Shown here: in pieces, positions 59,200 to 64,000 of the stretch
Layout of the letters: each line of letters opens with the position of its first letter
Numbering within the stretch: position 1 is the first letter of the stretch
DNA from: Acholeplasma sp.
GTDB lineage: Bacteria; Bacillota_I; Bacilli_A; Acholeplasmatales; UBA5453
Assembly: GCA_036677365.1 (NCBI GenBank)
Contig: JAVBWN010000021.1
Coordinates: forward strand, 1-64,000
DNA: 64,000 bases
Reading direction: 5' to 3'
Notes under the pieces: generated by a model
Told to the model about the DNA's origin: nothing
The model's database searches: none
The model's input: the letters and a program-made list of their open reading frames with translations, nothing else
Made by a program: the position numbers and the translations under genes

Positions 59200-59545
59200 A
59201 CAACAAGAACTCATCGAGATGATTGAATCATTAGATATCCTAAAAACCTATCAAAAGTTTGAAAAAATCATCAATGGAGACAAAGAATTGAAACGCCGTT
59301 TTGGTGAAATGAAGGCGATACAAAAACAATTGGTGAATGCGAAAACCATTCAAAAACCAAAAGCAGAAAGTCAATTTCAAGCCGCTTATGATGAACTGAG
59401 ACAATCGATTGAAACTGACCCAATGATCGAAACATATTTGGACCTCCAACAAGAGTTAAATAGTTTATTGATTGAGATTAAAGAAATCATTGAAAATGAA
59501 ATAAACAGTGCCTTAACTAAATATCAAATAGAGAGTGGGAAATAG
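59180..59545 (+). CDS. YlbF/YmcA (RicA-like) family regulator
   Basis: Follows miaB as ymcA does; Q..QKQLVN, P....Y...Q.E.N.LL..I...I. The start may be GTG 59192. Confidence 0.8.
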   Translation: MVKLVSKQQELIEMIESLDILKTYQKFEKIINGDKELKRRFGEMKAIQKQLVNAKTIQKPKAESQFQAAYDELRQSIETDPMIETYLDLQQELNSLLIEIKEIIENEINSALTKYQIESGK

Positions 59546-59590
59546 CCGTAATAACGGACCATCCCACTTTTTTTTGACTGGGTGTCACAC

Positions 59591-59619
59591 TTGTAAAAAA
59601 TATAAATATGAGGTATGAT
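59591..59619 (+). promoter_or_regulatory. Sigma70/SigA-type promoter for the hypothetical-mutS unit
   Basis: TTGTAA, 17 bp, TATGAT. Confidence 0.6.
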
Positions 59620-59650
59620 ATTAGTAGTAAACACAATTGGGGGGATTATT

Positions 59651-61420
59651 ATGGCAATTCTAACGATGTTTAGTGAAGTGAAAATCGGCGATAAAAAAGT
59701 CAAGATTGAAGAATTGGTTGGCGCGCTGATTTTATATCCAGCAGATAAGGTTGTGAGGTTTTTCGAGTTGATTGGATTAACTGTACCTCGCAAACTTAGA
59801 ATGGCTTCATTGAGACGTGAATTAGATCCATTTGTTACCAGCAAGAAAATCGTCCAACAAACACTTTCAGACGAAGTCAATTATCGTCTTTCTTGGTACG
59901 ACCATTTCAGCGAATCTCAATTGATCAACCTCGTCCCACAATTCAAAGATGTCGACCTTGACCGCAAGGCCCGTGAAACACTTTGGGTGAATTTACTATC
60001 GTATTTATTTGATAAACAAGTCCCAGAAAATGAATTGATGGGTTTGGTTAAGGCTGCCAAGGAACATGCAAAAACAGCTCAATTAGAAGCGTTTGTGGCA
60101 TACTCAGATAAATTAAATGCCATCTTCTTCGATGAAGCCAATCAAATTGATGGGTTGACCCCAGAAGTCTTTAGACCGGTCTTATTCAAGAGTTCGACAT
60201 TGGTAGAACTTCGTGAAATCGGTAAAAAGTTTGGTGTCGATGTCCCTAGACGCTTGAAAAAGAGTGAATTGGTGGATATCATCGTCAGAGAACTCAAGAA
60301 TCAAGACAAATATACCAAAGAACTTGAAACTAAAGTGAATGGTTTAGCCGTCATTCAACTTCAACGTTTCGCCATCGAATATAACATCAAAGCATCGATT
60401 GAACTCAAGAAAGAAGAAATCATTGAGTATATTTTATCGAATGCTTCTGAAACCAAAGAAAAATATTATGTCCCATCGACCCCAGGTGTGTATGAAGAAA
60501 TCAAACCATCTGCACGTGTTTATGTGGATGAAGAGCCAGAATTGGTTGTAAATCAAGAACCTGAACCAGTCATTGAGAAGGTTGTAGAATCAGAACCGAT
60601 GGTTACGATTTTACCTGTGGATGAAGAGGTAGAAGCTTTAAAGCCAGAACCTAAACCAGAACCTAAAGTGGCCGAACCTGAACCAAAAGTTGAAAAGCAA
60701 CCTGAGCCAAAAGTGGTTGAAAAACAACCAGAACCAAGACCATATGAACCACGTCAAGCCTATTATTACGGGGAACCACCAAGGGTTGAAACTGTAAAAG
60801 AAACTGTGGTTGTAGAATCTATTCCTAAAGAAGCACTCGATGGTATTATTGCTGAATTACGAGCATTGCGTATGGATTTAAATCAATACCATCAAGCGAT
60901 GTTAGATAAGGCATATGAAAAAGCCCATCGTCCAATCTTAACCCCAACCTTCATGATGGGTTATGAAACGACATTGTCAGCCAAAGAATGGGATAAAGTT
61001 GAAAAGGCAGAAGCAAAACAAATTGAAGAAATGAATACGGTCAAGACCGAACTCACCGCTTCAACGACTTCTGTGATTGAAGAAATCAAAGAAGAAGATA
61101 ACCTCGCGAATGTCGATAATTCAAAAAAATCCAGAAAACAACGCAAACAAGCTAAAGTTAAGAAGCCAGCTGGCAAAGTCAAAAAGACCATTCGCTGGAT
61201 TGTTATTATCTTATTGTTATTAGCTGTCGTGTATGCTGCGATTGGATTCTTAAGAGCTTATGAAGTCTATGATTTTGGCGCAACATACCCTGCTACTGAT
61301 CTATATAACTTGATTATGAATCCAGGCTATGAGTTTGCATACAACTTGAAGGTAGACTATTTGGATTGGCTTGGCGATTTTAGTGCTTTTATGAATTGGT
61401 GGAACAACTTATTCAATTAA
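59651..61420 (+). CDS. Hypothetical C-terminally membrane-anchored protein with Rho-N/HeH-like repeats and a Pro/Glu-rich linker
   Basis: GGGGGA RBS before ATG 59651; LVELREIGKKFGV.VP..LKKSELVD.I and LQRFA.EYNI.....LKKEEIIEYI motifs; PEPK repeats; basic patch then TM (WIVIILLLLAVVYAAIGFL). Confidence 0.75.
   Translation: MAILTMFSEVKIGDKKVKIEELVGALILYPADKVVRFFELIGLTVPRKLRMASLRRELDPFVTSKKIVQQTLSDEVNYRLSWYDHFSESQLINLVPQFKDVDLDRKARETLWVNLLSYLFDKQVPENELMGLVKAAKEHAKTAQLEAFVAYSDKLNAIFFDEANQIDGLTPEVFRPVLFKSSTLVELREIGKKFGVDVPRRLKKSELVDIIVRELKNQDKYTKELETKVNGLAVIQLQRFAIEYNIKASIELKKEEIIEYILSNASETKEKYYVPSTPGVYEEIKPSARVYVDEEPELVVNQEPEPVIEKVVESEPMVTILPVDEEVEALKPEPKPEPKVAEPEPKVEKQPEPKVVEKQPEPRPYEPRQAYYYGEPPRVETVKETVVVESIPKEALDGIIAELRALRMDLNQYHQAMLDKAYEKAHRPILTPTFMMGYETTLSAKEWDKVEKAEAKQIEEMNTVKTELTASTTSVIEEIKEEDNLANVDNSKKSRKQRKQAKVKKPAGKVKKTIRWIVIILLLLAVVYAAIGFLRAYEVYDFGATYPATDLYNLIMNPGYEFAYNLKVDYLDWLGDFSAFMNWWNNLFN
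60642..60750 (+). repeat. Coding tandem repeats (PEPK/PEPR)
   Basis: CCAGAACCTAAA twice, then CCTGAACCAAAA, CCTGAGCCAAAA and CCAGAACCAAGA. Confidence 0.7.
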
Positions 61421-61451
61421 TCATGCAGAATTAAAGTAGAAAGGTGATTGT

Positions 61452-63977
61452 ATGGGCAAAAAAGACATTACATACACCCCAATGATGCAACAATACTTAG
61501 ACATTAAAAAGGACTACGCTGATGCGATAGTCTTTTTTAGATTAGGCGACTTCTATGAAATGTTTTTTGATGACGCGATTCTCGCATCCAAAGAATTAGA
61601 GATTGCATTGACGGGTCGAGATGCTGGGGTGAAAGAACGTGTACCGATGTGTGGGGTACCTTACCATGCGATGATTCCTTACGCACAACGGTTGATTCAA
61701 AAAGGGTATAAGATTGCGATTGTCGAACAAGTAACCGAACCTGGCAATGGATTGGTTAAACGTGAAGTAGTTAAACTCATCACCCCAGGGATGATCATGG
61801 ATGAGGGTATCTTGGATGCTTCAAGTTATAACTATATCGGCGCACTCATTCAAGATAAACTCAAATACCACTTGGCATTTGCTGATTTATCCACCGGGGA
61901 TTTATCGATTTTAAAAGACTTATCCGATCACGATTTGATCAAGCAATTGTTGGTCTTAAACATCAAAGAATTGGTGTTACAAAAAGACCAAAAACGTTTA
62001 GAAGACAAATTAAAACCTTATGTTTTGATTTCTTATACCGAGGGTAGATTGCCATCACACTTACTGGAAGGCTTATCTGATTTACCCAAAGAAACAGTAT
62101 CGGCTTTATTATATTATTTAAGTGATACTCAAAAAAGCGACATCAAGCAGTTCAATCATTTGAATATCATTGAACCAGAAGCTTTTTTAAAGATGGATTT
62201 TCAAAGCCGTGCCAGTTTAGAGTTATCCACCAACAATGGAAAACGCAATGCTGAAACTCTGCTATCTACCATTGACCAAACCATCACCGCTTTAGGTTCG
62301 AGGTTACTCAGAAGATTCATGGAAGAACCAAGTCGTGATGAACAAGTATTGACGTATCGCTATGATTTAATCGATGAATTGAGTAGCAACATCATTCATT
62401 TAAATGAACTCCGTGAATCTTTAAAAGGGGTTTACGATTTAAGACGCATCACCTCACGTATCGCAACCAAAAATGCATCGGGAAAAGATTTGGCACAGTT
62501 GCGTCAAACCCTTTCTCGAATACCAAACATCAAGCAAACATTGTTCGCATTTGGTAGTCCTCTACTCATCGAACTGAATAGCCAAGTGGATGATTTTCAG
62601 GATTTACATGCCTTGCTTGATAAAGCCGTTGAAATCGACCCACCACTCACGTTAAAAGAAGGTGGACTCATTAAGTTGGGTTATCATCCACAACTCGATG
62701 AATTGAAACTGGCATCGAGTGATGGTAAGTCTTGGATGCTGGATTTTGAAGCCAAAGAGAAAGAACGTACAGGCATTAAAAACCTTAAAGTAGGTTATAA
62801 TCGTGTGTTCGGTTATTATATTGAAATATCCAAAGGGAACCTCGACTTGGTTCAACCTGAATTTGGTTATGAACGTAAACAAACCTTATCCACAGGTGAA
62901 CGTTATGTGACACCCATCTTAAAAGAAAAAGAAGCATTTTTACTTTCAGCAGGTGAAAAAGAACTTGCACTTGAGTATGAACTCTTTATCAAGTTACGTG
63001 ACGAGGTCGCACAATATACCAAAGATTTACAAAATCTATCTGACAAAATCGCCTTCATCGATGTGATGGCAAACCTTGCTTTTGTGGCGAAGAAATACCG
63101 TTATGTTCGACCAAGTTTGCAAAAAGACCCGATTGTACATGTTAGAAATGGTCGTCACCCTGTGGTTGAACAAGCCCTTCAAGGCAAGTTTGTTGAAAAC
63201 CACATTGACATCAATGAATCCGGTATACTCCTCATTACAGGACCAAACATGAGTGGTAAATCCACCTACATGCGGATGCTTGCACAAATCGTGGTGTTGG
63301 CTCAAATGGGGTCTTTTGTTCCGGCAGATGAAGCGAATCTACCTCTATTTGACGCCATTTACACCCGCATTGGGGCGAGTGATGATTTAAGTGCAGGACA
63401 ATCGACTTTTATGGTTGAAATGCTTGAAGCCAATGAAGCCATCCGAAACGCAACCAAACAAAGTTTACTGATCTTCGATGAGATTGGACGCGGCACAGCT
63501 ACTTATGATGGCATGGCACTGGCTCAAGCGATCATCGAATATGTGCATGAAAAAATCAAAGCCATCACCTTGTTTTCAACCCATTATCATGAGTTGACAG
63601 CACTTGAACAAACCTTAAAGAGACTTAAAAATATCCATGTATCGGCCGTTGAAGAAAAACACAACATCGTTTTTTTACACAAAATCAAAGAAGGTCCAAC
63701 CGATAAATCTTACGGGATCAATGTCGCAGAATTGGCCAAATTACCGAAAACCCTCATCTATCGAGCCGATGAAATCTTGAAACATTTAGAAGCAGATAAG
63801 AAAAAAACAGCACTACTCAATTTATTCAATTTTGACCAAGTTGAACAAATCGAAAATACGTATGTATCCAAAACAGAAGAACACGTCATTGAAACTTTAA
63901 AGGAAACAGACATCAATGGGTTAACACCACTCGATGCACTGATCCTGATTAAGAAACTTCAAGATGAATTAAAGTAA
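61452..63977 (+). CDS. mutS: DNA mismatch repair protein MutS
   Basis: TPMMQQY, FRLGDFYEMF, PMCGVPYH, GRHPVVE, TGPNMSGKSTYMR, STFMVEM, DEIGRGT, SYGI.VA.LA.LP. Confidence 0.98.
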   Translation: MGKKDITYTPMMQQYLDIKKDYADAIVFFRLGDFYEMFFDDAILASKELEIALTGRDAGVKERVPMCGVPYHAMIPYAQRLIQKGYKIAIVEQVTEPGNGLVKREVVKLITPGMIMDEGILDASSYNYIGALIQDKLKYHLAFADLSTGDLSILKDLSDHDLIKQLLVLNIKELVLQKDQKRLEDKLKPYVLISYTEGRLPSHLLEGLSDLPKETVSALLYYLSDTQKSDIKQFNHLNIIEPEAFLKMDFQSRASLELSTNNGKRNAETLLSTIDQTITALGSRLLRRFMEEPSRDEQVLTYRYDLIDELSSNIIHLNELRESLKGVYDLRRITSRIATKNASGKDLAQLRQTLSRIPNIKQTLFAFGSPLLIELNSQVDDFQDLHALLDKAVEIDPPLTLKEGGLIKLGYHPQLDELKLASSDGKSWMLDFEAKEKERTGIKNLKVGYNRVFGYYIEISKGNLDLVQPEFGYERKQTLSTGERYVTPILKEKEAFLLSAGEKELALEYELFIKLRDEVAQYTKDLQNLSDKIAFIDVMANLAFVAKKYRYVRPSLQKDPIVHVRNGRHPVVEQALQGKFVENHIDINESGILLITGPNMSGKSTYMRMLAQIVVLAQMGSFVPADEANLPLFDAIYTRIGASDDLSAGQSTFMVEMLEANEAIRNATKQSLLIFDEIGRGTATYDGMALAQAIIEYVHEKIKAITLFSTHYHELTALEQTLKRLKNIHVSAVEEKHNIVFLHKIKEGPTDKSYGINVAELAKLPKTLIYRADEILKHLEADKKKTALLNLFNFDQVEQIENTYVSKTEEHVIETLKETDINGLTPLDALILIKKLQDELK

Positions 63978-63990
63978 AGGGGGAATTCTT

Positions 63991-64000
63991 TTGGCAACCA
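63991..64000 (+). CDS. Start of the next gene, possibly mutL (truncated by window end)
   Basis: AAAGGGGG RBS then TTG GCA ACC. Identity rests only on the usual mutS-mutL synteny. Confidence 0.35.

Overview
AT-rich bacterial chromosomal window read with genetic code 11 (TGA is a stop codon). The Bacillota-type gene order, with cell-wall and sporulation genes missing from their usual slots, suggests a wall-less Acholeplasmatales-like mollicute (inference). About 24-64 kb is mostly housekeeping: gpmI, FMN riboswitch-ribU, eno, rnr-smpB, T-box-alaS-ruvX, trmR and two U32 genes, greA, yqeG-yqeH-yqeK-rsfS, comEA-comEC-holA, rpsT, pgsA-recA, rny-ymdB-miaB-ricA and mutS. The first ~22 kb is more accessory. 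It begins with the 3' end of a tnpB gene (missed by the ORF track) followed by a structured omega/reRNA-like right end. It then holds a diguanylate cyclase operon, zupT, a PadR-DUF1700-DUF4097 module, an ogt-alkA-polY-yolD repair cluster and lemA-TPM. The most striking locus is a 10.2-kb operon (4731-14916) with one promoter and one terminator. It encodes four small proteins with SipW-type signal peptides and TasA/camelysin-like motifs, then a 2539-aa GLUG/beta-helix surface protein. This is a candidate TasA-like multi-subunit fibre or pilus with a giant adhesin, and no sipW gene is visible in the window. All family calls come from motif recognition by eye; no searches were run.
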